This document shows, piece by piece, positions 53,444 through 64,000 of a stretch of 64,000 nucleotides of DNA. This stretch comes from Eledone cirrhosa (Eukaryota). Position numbers and translations under genes: made by a program. A model generated the notes under the pieces. The model was given only the letters and a program-made list of their open reading frames with translations. It did no database searches and had not been told where the DNA came from. Positions within the stretch are counted from its first letter, which is position 1. The number at the start of each line of letters is the position of its first letter. Location: contig CAXHJY010001328.1 in the NCBI GenBank assembly GCA_964016885.1, forward strand, positions 1-64,000, in the 5' to 3' direction.

Positions 53444-54452
53444 TGGCAGATGCCTACCTCCCCCCATCCCCCCAGCAACTTTTTTTTTCTTTTGCTGTGA
53501 TAAGTAGAAATATCGAAATGTGATAAAAGGCCTGGGACACGTGAAGGTGTAGGGGTGAGACCATGGGTTAAAATATGGTTATACTTCTAACAGACTGAAG
53601 ATGTAAGAGAATGATGACATGGACAGACATGGAAAATAGGAACATAAAGATTATTTAAATGAAGGATATAAACACTTCTTAGTTTTCTTTTATTGGTGTT
53701 TGTGTGAACATGTTTAGTTGTGGTGGTAGTGGCTGTGTTGTTGATGGTGGTGGGTGGCGGTGGTGGTGGCTGTGTTGTTGATGGTGGTGGTGGTGGTGTG
53801 TGTGTGTGTGTGTGGTGTGTTGATAGTGGGTGTGGTGACATATTCAAAAACACATTTATACACACATATACACACACGCACACAGACACACAGACACACA
53901 GACATGCACGTATAGAGAAAGACAAACATTGAAACACACATCTATATCTGTTGTTCCACACCTGCTATATCATTCAACCATACCTGAGCTGTCATCACTA
54001 ACTTCATATCAAACTATTCAGATATGATGACACTGTGAGATAATAACAACAATTTCTATTATTGGCCACAAGAGCACACGGCAATGGGGACAATACGAGG
54101 ATAAGAAACAACAGATATTTGTGGTTTACATCAAGTAAAAGGAAGTTACACAATAACTATACTCTACACCAGGTAATGAGTGCTTCTTAATTTGTTCATG
54201 AAGTTATTTTGTTAGCAAAGAGATATACTTTCAATTGCAAATACAATACCATAAATATACATAGACATTTATATATATAAAATATATATATATGTTACCT
54301 ATCTCTATACCCACTCTCCATCTCCCCATGCACTGAGTACTCCCATGATTAGTGGTCTCCCCAGTCTCAGCACAACAGACTCTCTCTCTCTCTCTCTATC
54401 TCTATATATATATATATATATATATTTCATCATCATCATCGTTAAACGATGA

Positions 54453-54508
<56 letters not shown>

Positions 54509-54513
<5 letters not shown>

Positions 54514-54563
54514 AAAAAGTATGACCCCGACGGCAGAGCTCTCGGGGCCATACTTTTTCCTAT
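54509..54563. repeat. 22-bp-stem hairpin between TA tracts
   Basis: ATAGGAAAAAGTATGACCCCGA vs TCGGGGCCATACTTTTTCCTAT; one mismatch, 11-nt loop. Confidence 0.85.
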
Positions 54564-54639
54564 TTCCCACTCTACTACCCTAAGTATTGAGTACTCTGGT
54601 GCGTTATGGTCCATCTTGTTTCTTACCACAATTCCTTTG

Positions 54640-54858
<219 letters not shown>

Positions 54859-55041
54859 GAGAGAAAGCCATATATCATTAGAGAAACATAATATTTTGTA
54901 CATAAATATAAAGCTTATAATATTTAGTAGAAAGTACATAGTTTAAGGTGGAAAAATTTTATCTTTTAATTTGAATTATTGATGCTCTGCACAAACATCC
55001 ATTGAGTTATTCTACTGAGAAACATAATCATCATACATATT

Positions 55042-55172
55042 ATATATGTTATAATACCTTAACTTAGTATATACATATATATATATATGTTATATTACCT
55101 TAACTTAGTATATATATGTTATAATACCTTAACTTAGTATATATATATATATGTTATAATACCTTAACTTAG

Positions 55173-55207
<35 letters not shown>

Positions 55208-56098
55208 ACCTTAACTTAGTATATATGTATGTATACGTTATAATACCTTAACTTAGTATATATATATATATGTTATATTACCTTAACTTAGTATATATAT
55301 GTTATAATACCTTAACCTAGTATATATATATATATATGTTATAATACCTTAACTTAGTATATATATATATATATGTTATATTACCTTAACTTAGTATATA
55401 TATATATGTTATATTACCTTAACTTAGTATATATATATATATATGTTATAATACCTTAACCTAGTATATATATATATATATGTTATAATACCTTAACTTA
55501 GTATATATATATGTTATATTATCTTAACTTAGTATATATATATGTTATAATACCTTAACTTAGTATATATATATATATATGTTATAATACCTTAACCTAG
55601 TATATATATATATATATATATGTTATAATACCTTAACTTAGTATATATATATATGTTATAATACCTTAACTTAGTATATATATATATATGTTATATTACC
55701 TTAACTTAGTATATATATATATGTTATATTACCTTAACTTAGTATATATATATGTTATAATACCTTAACTTAGTATACATATATATATGTTATAATACCT
55801 TAACTTAGTATATATATATATGTTATACCTTAACTTAGTATATGTATATGTTATAATACCTTAACTTAGTATATATATGTTATAATACCTTAACTTAGTA
55901 TATATATATGTTATAATACCTTAACTTAGTATATATATGTTATAATACCTTAACTTAGTATATATATGTTATAATACCTTAACTTAGTATATATATATAT
56001 ATATATTTTATAATACCTTAACTTAGTATATATATATATGTTATAATACCTTAACTTAGTATATATATATATGTTATATTACCTGAACTTAGTATATA
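55042..56098. repeat. Compound minisatellite: 20-bp core GTTATAATACCTTAACTTAG plus variable (TA)n
   Basis: About 30 units; further units at about 56198, 56233, 56634, 56671, 57421, 57456 and 58588. Confidence 0.97.
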
Positions 56099-56266
56099 AG
56101 CAAGACACGGTCACCCTACCAACCTTGCCTCAAATTGGGACAACTCCCGTCTAACCCATGCTAGTGTGGAAGATGGACGTTAAATGATGATGATGATGTT
56201 ATAATACCTTAACTTAGTATATATATATATATGTTATAATACTTTAACTTAGTATATATATATATA

Positions 56267-56610
56267 TCATCATCATCATCATCATCGTTTAACGTCCATC
56301 TTCCACGCTAGCATGGGTTAGATGCGAGTTGTCCCACTTGAGGCAAGGTTGGTTGGGTGACCGTGTCTCGCTCATGTAGGACTATCTGGCAGGTTTTCTA
56401 TGGCTGGATGCCCTTCCTAACACCAACCACATTTACAGTGTGAACTGGGAACTTTTTACCGTGTTACCTACACGGCCACATTACAGTGTGGACTGTGTGT
56501 TTTTTGTCGTAATACCTACATGATCTCGATCTCATTATCTCATTTATTTAGACTGGATGTTGTGGTATCAACTTTACAGAGAGAGGGTGGTGTTGGTGGA
56601 TTGGGGTGTA
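56267..56610 (-). mobile_element. Family 2 retroposon copy
   Basis: (CAT)n-CGTTTAACGTC tail and GGATGCCCTTCCTAAC core. Confidence 0.88.
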
Positions 56611-56694
56611 TATTTGGTTAAGAGGTTATATATGTTATAATACCTTAACTTAGTATATATGTATGTATACGTTATAATACCTGGACTTAGTACA

Positions 56695-57410
56695 TATGTA
56701 TGTGTAATAGTAATATACGTGAACAGCAAAGCATAAATGAACTAAGTGAGAAATTAGGTATAAGATGGATCAGATGCTGCTTACTTGAGAGAAGACTACA
56801 TTGGTATGGTCACGTGATGCGCATGAAAGACGACAGCTGTATAAAAAAGTGCAGGGCGATCAAAATTGACGGAAGTTACGGAGTAGGCAGACTCAGAAAA
56901 ACCTGGGACGATTTGATAAATTCCGACCTTACACACTTACACCTCTCTAAGACAATGTCACTGGACCGAGATCTTTGGCGCTACGTAGTAATACAGAAAA
57001 CCCGCCTTGTCTAAGTACAAAGCGAAACCTACAGTCAGTAGGCACCTCTTAACCAAATATGCACCCCCTCCCACTACTCCAACTCCCCCACCCCCATCAA
57101 CACCACCCCTTTCTCTGTAAAGTTATGTTGGTACCACAACATCCAGTCCTAAATAAATGAGGTCGTGTAGGTGTCACGACCAAAAAAAAACACAGTCCAC
57201 GCTGTAATGTGGCTATGTAGGTAACACGGTAAAAACCTCCCAGTCCACACTGTAAACGTGGTTGGTGTTAGGAAGGGCATCCAGCTGTACAAAACCTACC
57301 AGACAGTCCCATACGAGTGAGACGACCAATCTTGCCTCAAGTGGGACAATTCCCGTCTAAACCCATGCTAGCGTGGAAGATAGACGTTAAACGATGATGA
57401 TGATGATGAT
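56695..57410 (+). mobile_element. RTE LINE 3' fragment whose downstream region is the family 2 sequence
   Basis: ORF 56700-57014 ([19 protein letters not shown]) is followed by about 400 bp ending GACGTTAAACGATGATGATG. Confidence 0.85.
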
Positions 57411-57671
57411 GTATGTATATGTTATAATACCTTAACTTAGTATATATATATATATGTTATATTACCTTAACTTAGTATATATATATAAGCAAAGAGATAT
57501 TTAATTTGCTGGTAATCTAACAAATTTATTTATTATAATGGATTCGAAGCACTCTACAAGTTTCCTGGAGTTTAATATCAATCTAACCTATAATACAGGA
57601 AGGTCTGCGGGATTGCGCACGGTTTATTTTTTTTTATCCCATTTGTAAAATAAGTTGGATTACTTTGAATA

Positions 57672-57853
57672 AATAATTGTTTCTACTTTTGGCACAAGGC
57701 CACCAATTACCCAGTACATTACTGGTACTTTATTTTATCGACCCTGAAAGGATGAAAGGCAAAGTTAACCTCGGCCGGATTTGAACTCAGTCCATAAAGG
57801 GACGTAACTATGCTGGAAAGCATGGCATCCGACTCTCTACTGATACTGCCAAT
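57672..57853 (-). mobile_element. SINE family 1
   Basis: Reverse complement of the family consensus. Confidence 0.9.
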
Positions 57854-58190
57854 AATTTATCTACTAAATTTTGTGGCTGTTCATTAAATATATTTTGTTT
57901 ATTTAAAGATTCACTTCTTTAAAATTTCTGAAATGTCAACACTTCTGGTGGCGATCGCTTAAATAAACATACTAATTTTCCATCACTAATTTTCTCCTAA
58001 TGCAGTTTATATATAATATCGTCTTTTTTAATGTATCATGAATTATGTTACTGATTACATAAGACAGTGTAATGCAGTCTTCGTTCAATTTCTATGTATT
58101 ATATATTGTCAATTACGATTTTATTTGACTTATCATATCAACATGCATATATATACCTGCGTATAATATCAATATACACACAAAACACAT

Positions 58191-58229
58191 GCTAGCAGAA
58201 TACCACCCAAAGGGTGGTTTTTCTGCTAG
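58191..58229 (+). mobile_element. Helitron-type 3' terminal palindrome
   Basis: GCTAGCAGAATACCACCCAAAGGGTGGTTTTTCTGCTAG|T; same family as 14192-14229. Confidence 0.65.
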
Positions 58230-58554
58230 TGATATTAATAAATGGAAACTATATTTATAAAACCATATTTATTTTATTATATATATTTCAAGGGTACCAA
58301 AAAAAACTTTAGTACACTCTTATCAGATAAAATACAAAATTTGTTTTATAAATAGTGACATACCTGATAAACCAGACTTTAATGGTTCAGGTTCCATTTG
58401 GATAAGGTCCGGTTTATCAGGTGTGTCACTATTTATAAAACAAATTTTGTATTTTATCTGATGAGAGGGTATCAACGTTTTTTTTGGTACCCTTGAAATA
58501 TATATAATAAAATAAATATGGTTTTATAAATATAGTTTCCATTTATTAATATCA
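58230..58554. repeat. 325-bp palindrome (144-bp arms) carrying two outward-facing hammerhead motifs
   Basis: Arms 58230-58373 and 58411-58554 are reverse complements with few mismatches; 37-nt spacer. Confidence 0.92.
58450..58514 (+). ncRNA. Minimal type I hammerhead ribozyme
   Basis: Stem I TATTTTAT/ATAAAATA; CTGATGA 58458-58464; stem II GAGGGTATCAA/TTGGTACCCTT; GAAA 58495-58498; palindromic TATAT stem III; triplet ATA 58504-58506. Confidence 0.82.
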
Positions 58555-58557
58555 TTG

Positions 58558-58589
<32 letters not shown>

Positions 58590-58632
58590 TATAATACCTT
58601 AACTTAGTATATATATATATATATATCATATA

Positions 58633-59523
58633 CTAACATTAAAACCCGGCGTTGCTCGGGGTCATTAAGTTACCAAAGTTAGGTTGCACCACCCATTTTA
58701 TGGCAGCACTTTTTTGTCTGCCAGGTACTGGGTGAATGAATTGCAGACCTGGAAGCATGAGCTGCACCAGCAGTGACAATTGTAGTTTCGCCTATGGATA
58801 TTATCTCTGTGCAAAAAAGTGTTGAAATTTATTGTTTCACAGTACTTGCGCAACACGCGCGTAGACGATGCCAGCCGAACAACAGAGCTGCGATGGAGTT
58901 GTTCTGCATGGTTATCTGTGTGTTTTCTAAATTTAAGACAGTAGGGAGGGTTGTGATATGAGGGAGAGTTAGCTGTTGTTTCTAGCAGGTTTAGTGACCT
59001 CATAGAGGATATGTGTTTTCTAAATTTAAGACAGTAGGGAGTGGTGTGATATGGGGGAGAGTTAGCTGCTGTTTCTAGCAGGTTTAGTGACCTCATAGAA
59101 GATATGTTTTCTAAATTTAAGACAGTAGGGAGGGGTGTGATATGGGGGAGAGTTAGCTGCTGTTTCTAGCAGGTTTAGTAACCTCATAGAGGATATATGT
59201 TTTCTAAATTTAAGACAGTAGGGAGTGGTGTGAACGGACAGTATCACCATCAAGCTTGGAAAGAGAAAGTAGCAGAAAGTATGAAGTTGTATAGATTTTG
59301 AATGGTAGTAGAAAGAGTTCAGTAGTTTAAATGAGAGAGAAAAATCGTAAAATATTGAGTTTTATCTATTTTTTGCGTAATTGTGGGTGAAATTGAAAAA
59401 ATTATCTGCGTCAAGACGCAATCGAAACTATTTCGAATACTGAATTGTAAATTTCAATTGAAGAAATTCTATATCGTAGATTTCTATAACGAAGGAGCAT
59501 GACCACACACTGAGCTTTATAGA
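58633..59523 (-). mobile_element. Non-autonomous Helitron with internal tandem repeats of about 90 bp
   Basis: Minus strand A|TCTATAAAGCTCAG ... CCCGAGCAACGCCGGG hairpin then TTAG|T. About 3.5 repeats at 58918-59232. Confidence 0.72.
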
Positions 59524-59929
59524 TTATGATGATGATATATATATATATATACACACACATGCATACACACACTCCTATATAATATATATATACACATATA
59601 TATATATATATATGTACTTAGAGTTATATACATACACACACATAAGGCCTCAGCAGAAAAATATTTCATTAACCCTTTTGATAACAAATTGCCTGAAATA
59701 GCCCCTGATTTTAAGATATAAAACTGTTTTAAAGTGATTATATTTATCTAAAAACATTCCATAACTTTATGTAAGAATCTTTAAGTTATGTTCCAAATAC
59801 CAACTTACGAATGTGTGTATATTACTAAATCCCTCCAAATTTTATATTATTTTAAAGATTAAGATAAAAATTATAGGCAGTGTTTTCATGAGTATTATAA
59901 CTATAAAATAATTAGTGTTTATATTTGAA

Positions 59930-60124
59930 TAATAATAATAATAATTGTTTCTACTTTTGGCACAAGGCCAGCAATTATCCCAGTGTATTACTAGTACTTT
60001 ATTTTATCGACCCCGTAAGGATGAAAAGCAAAGTTAACCTTGGCGGGATTTGAACTCAGATCATAAAGGGCCGCAACTCTATGTGTCAAAGCATGGAGTC
60101 CGACCCTCTACCGATATTGCCAAT
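59930..60124 (-). mobile_element. SINE family 1
   Basis: Reverse complement of the consensus with an (ATT)n tail. Confidence 0.9.
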
Positions 60125-60939
60125 AATAATGAAATTATTGTGTACAGTGCTCAGGTGCACTACAACTCGTCAAAGGTGCATGCATAGTACATAGAATAAT
60201 ATAAAAATGTCAGGGAAGTGAATAGTGTATGAGTCATGATATACATGTGTGCGTGTGTATGGAGGGGGAATATTAGGAAGCATGGTGGTTTTAAAGGATG
60301 CACTGTTTCGACAGCTAACAACTGATGCAAGGTGTTCAGAGTATGATAGATGCCTGATGGAGGGTATTCGCTTGGTTGCACGTCTCTGAACAGTTTCCAG
60401 GCGGTCAATGTTCTGAGCAAGATAGGGGTTCCAGACTGGTGATGCAAATTCTAAGTGTGCTCTGACCATAACTATATACAGCTTTAAATAGATAGCTGGA
60501 GAGCGGCTGACAAAGGTCTTGCTGAGTGATGCTAAGACACATTTGGCGTTCTTGACAATTTTAGAGATGTGCTTCATCCAACGCAAATCGCTGCTGACTG
60601 TAATGCCCAGGTCACGTTCACAAGAAGACTTCTTGATATTAGTGTTGTGGAGGGAGTATGTGGACGCTGGGTTTTTACTCCCAAAATGCATGGTGGTACA
60701 CTTGTCCACAGCTAGCTTGAGTTGCCAGTCCGTGATCCATTGCTACATTGTGTGCAGGTCAGATTGCAAGAAAGATCCATAGTGTTCAGGATCTGTCCTT
60801 TTTATCTCAAGGTACAGCTTGATGTCATCTGCGTACTTTAGTACTGTGGCATTTTTAAGTTGGCATCTATGTCATTAATATATGCCACAAACAAAAGGGG
60901 GCCAAGAACAGATCCCTGTGGTACACCAGAGGACATCTG
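60125..60939 (-). mobile_element. CR1 family B 3' fragment with internal deletion
   Basis: [26 protein letters not shown]; shared 3' UTR. Confidence 0.9.
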
Positions 60940-61859
60940 AAAACGTTTAAAATTTTATGTAAGAACCTTTGTTAAGTTATGTTTTTAACACCAATTTAAT
61001 AATGAGAAAGTTAGTACACAATCTCTTGAAATTCTTAATTATTTTCAAAATTATTTGTAAATTATACGTTGTCCTTCATTAGAAATACAGTAATGAAAGG
61101 ATTTAAAAAAACCACCCACTTGAATATTGTAGAGAGCTATGGGTACTTTATTAAAGGTTTAGTAATTATAACCCCTATACCACCCGTAGTCTCTATTTTG
61201 TGTTAATAATATCTTCTCCTAAATATCTAAATGTAGTTGGTGTTAGGAAAGGCATCCAGCTGTAAAATACCCAGCCAAATTTACAGTCCTCGCCGGAGCA
61301 AGGTGTGACACATGGCCAACCTTGGCCAGACTTGCCTCCCGGTGTGGATGACCCGTCAAACCCATGCAAGCGTGGAAAAATTGACATTAAACGGTGATGA
61401 TGATGACTTTCCTTGTACACCTTTCTCTCTCTCTTTCTTGAAGATGATGACTAATCTCATGTTATCTAAATAAGACTACCAACAAACCTTTGAACATGTT
61501 TTATTTCCTGTACCTCAGAATGAGATAACAATAAACTTTATACAAAACAATGATAAATTTAATCTGTTAATGAAATTGGGTTTTATTGTTGAGGTGGGGG
61601 TTATTATCTCATAACCTCTAATAACATGATCAAAATCAATTTATCTGGTAATGCTTGATTCAATACTCGTTATGGTCGTCATCGTTGTCGTCGCCGCCAT
61701 CCCCATCGTCGCCGGCGTCTTCATCGCCGCCGCCGTCGTCTTCATCGCCACCGCCGTCATCATTATTTTTAACATCTCTTTCCTTGCTAATAAAAATCAA
61801 CAATTTAGGTTTGATACGTTTGATCTTTCTGTTGATGTAGACAGAATTGTCGACAATAT

Positions 61860-62960
61860 TCTCACCACCCATATCATAAATCAAGTAATACAAAATGGTG
61901 TCATACCCAATGACTGGTGTAGCAGCAGCACCGTCATCTGTTACAAGGGCAAAGGAGACTCAGGAATCTATAGAGGCTTCAAGCTGAAGGACCAGGTCAT
62001 GAAAGTTACAGAAAGAGTTATTGTACAGCTGATTAGGTACTAAATAAACCTAAATGAAATGCAGTTCGGATTTGTGCCAGGTAAAAGTTCCACGGATGCC
62101 TTCTTCCTCGTGAAGCAACTGCAGGACCTAGCTAAAAGTAAGCCCCTTTACTTAGCTTTTGTTGATCTGGGAAAAGTTTTGACAAGGATCCCTGTTTTGT
62201 AATCTGGTGGGCACTTAGTAAACTAGTGGTAGATGAGTGCTTGTGAGGGCCTTACAAGTCATGTACAGAGGTGCAGTCAGGAAGGTTAAAGTTAATAATG
62301 ACTATAGCGAGGAATTTAGTGGGTAAGCTGGGATCCACTAAGGATCTATTCTTAGCCCTATTCTGTTTATTGTCATTGTCCAGGCTATAACAAAAGAGTT
62401 TAAAACAGGATGAGAATTCCTATATGCCAATGAGCTAATTCTCATAGCAGAGTTGGAGAAGAAATTTCAGACCTGGAAGCATAGTTTAGAATAGAAAGGT
62501 CTTAAAGTAAACTTGGCAAAGACTAAAGTCCTAGTAAGTAAAAAGGAAAACAAGGCCCTGATCATTTAAGAGAAATGGCCTTGCTCTGTGTGCACGAAAG
62601 GAATCAGTAGAAATTCCATTCTATGTCCCAAATGCAAATTATGGGGACACAAAAGTAGGATCTCAGGCAGACAAGCAAAGAATGAAGGTTTTATATGTGG
62701 TCAATGCACAGGAGTTGTAAGCAGCAAGATCTCACAGGAAATATGCACTATTAAATGCTCAGGGGACTCTGAAAAAGTAGTTGATAGCTTCTGTTACCTG
62801 GATGACCAAATTAACAGTGGTGGTGGGTGTTCTGAAAGTATAGTAGCCGGTGTGAGAATGGGATAGAAAAAGTTCAGCGAGCCACTATCACTGCTACAAT
62901 AGGCTTAACACCCACTTCCCTTGCAAGCATGAGAAGTGGGTGTTAAATGAAGATAATGAT
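61860..62960 (+). mobile_element. Degenerate RTE LINE
   Basis: [28 protein letters not shown]-like WPCSVC..CPKC..CGQC and a GATG-type tail; many stops. Confidence 0.88.
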
Positions 62961-63176
62961 GGTAACAGAAATATTTGGAAACATCTCCTAAACTTTGTAT
63001 TCAGTTAATAAATTTAACAATTCTAAAGGTTTCAGTTTTAGTTTTTCAAAATTTGCTTTATATATTGACAATATAACTGGTTTAAAATGGGTACACTATA
63101 GTCCTGTGTGTATCTGGTTTAGAAAAGGTACACCATGTCCCTGTGTGTATCTAGTTTAGAATATAAAGATCATAAT

Positions 63177-63348
63177 TGTTTCTACTTTTGGCACAAGGCC
63201 AGCAATTACCCAGTACATTACTGGTACTTTATTTTATCGACCCCGTAAGGATGAAAGGCAAAGTTAACCTCGGCGGGATTTGAACTCAGAATGGCAAGGG
63301 CCGTAACTCTATGCGTCAAAGTATGGCGTCCGACCATCTACCGATAGG
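63177..63348 (-). mobile_element. SINE family 1 with perfect 16-bp TSD
   Basis: ATATAAAGATCATAAT at 63161-63176 and 63349-63364. Confidence 0.93.
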
Positions 63349-63531
63349 ATATAAAGATCATAATATCTGTGTGTTTATCTCATTTGGAGCAGGTACAATG
63401 TATCACCGTGTATATCTAGTTTAAAATAGGTACACTGTATTCCTGTGTGTATTTGGTTTAGAAATAGCTATACCGTATCCCTGTGTCTATCTAGTTTATA
63501 ATAGAAGGTACACAGTTTCCCTGTGTATATC

Positions 63532-63702
63532 CTGTAAACATGGTTGGTGTTAGGAAGGGCATCCAGCTGTAGAAAACCTGCCAGATAGTCCTATACGAGC
63601 GAGACAGTCTCCCGACCAATCTTGCCTCTAGTGGGACAATTCCCGTCTAAACCCATGCTAGCGTAGAAGATAGACGTTAAACGATGGTGATGATGATGAT
63701 GA
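63532..63702 (+). mobile_element. Family 2 retroposon, 5'-truncated
   Basis: GGTTGGTGTTAGGAAGGGCATCCAGC ... GACGTTAAACGATGGTGATG. Confidence 0.88.
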
Positions 63703-64000
63703 ATAATTGCACTCTATCGCTGTGTGTACACCGTTTACAATAGGTACACTCTATTTCTGTGTGTACCCCGTTTACAATAGGTACACTCTATTGCTGTGTG
63801 TATCCCATTTACAATAGGTACACTATCTCTGTGTGTACCCCGTTTACAATAGGTACACTCTATCGCTGTGTGTACCCCGTTTACAATAGGTACACTCTAT
63901 CTATGTGTGTATCCCATTTACAATAGGTACACTCTATCGCTGTGTGTATCCCATTTACAATAGGTACACTATCTCTGTGTGTATCCCATTTACAATAGGT

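Larger units (their letters stand above)
63075..64000. repeat. Tandem repeat of about 37 bp (TGTGTGTACCCCGTTTACAATAGGTACACTCTATCGC), interrupted by two retroposons, running off the right edge
   Basis: Homogeneous units at 63710-64000 and diverged units upstream. Confidence 0.88.

Noticed and set aside
55042-56098. CRISPR-like repeat-spacer look, also considered for 51962-53443
   Set aside because: Spacers are only (TA)n or absent, there are no cas genes, and the context is eukaryotic.
61651-61893. Hydrophobic or Ser/Pro/Asp-rich ORFs over GCC/GTC/ATC triplets, similar to 51586-51867 and 53587-53961
   Set aside because: Degenerate trinucleotide repeats, here fused to an RTE fragment; no splice or homology support.

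Overview
AT-rich, repeat-saturated animal genomic DNA. The SINE, LINE and microsatellite content suggests a cephalopod, probably an octopod (inference). Two host genes sit head-to-head with 806 bp between start codons: a complete 7-exon tubulin-folding cofactor B gene (TBCB, + strand, 22656-33122, 241 aa assembled by eye, all GT-AG introns in phase) and the first coding exon of BIRC6/BRUCE (- strand, 21672-21849). No second BIRC6 exon was seen. The rest is mobile DNA and tandem repeats: an RTE LINE with an open APE-RT ORF carrying a PHD-type finger, two CR1-group LINE families, a CRE-clade element, Vingi-like, Penelope-like and Tigger remnants, non-autonomous Helitrons, hAT and piggyBac-type MITEs, many tRNA-derived SINEs, about 6 kb of (TA)n/(TACA)n microsatellite and several minisatellites. 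The most notable unannotated signal is a set of minimal type I hammerhead ribozyme motifs. Two have intact cores (51149-51208 and 58450-58514), and the second lies in a 325-bp palindrome with a mirror-image, core-mutated copy on the other strand. All calls are by eye; no searches or folding programs were run, and boundaries of degenerate repeats are approximate.
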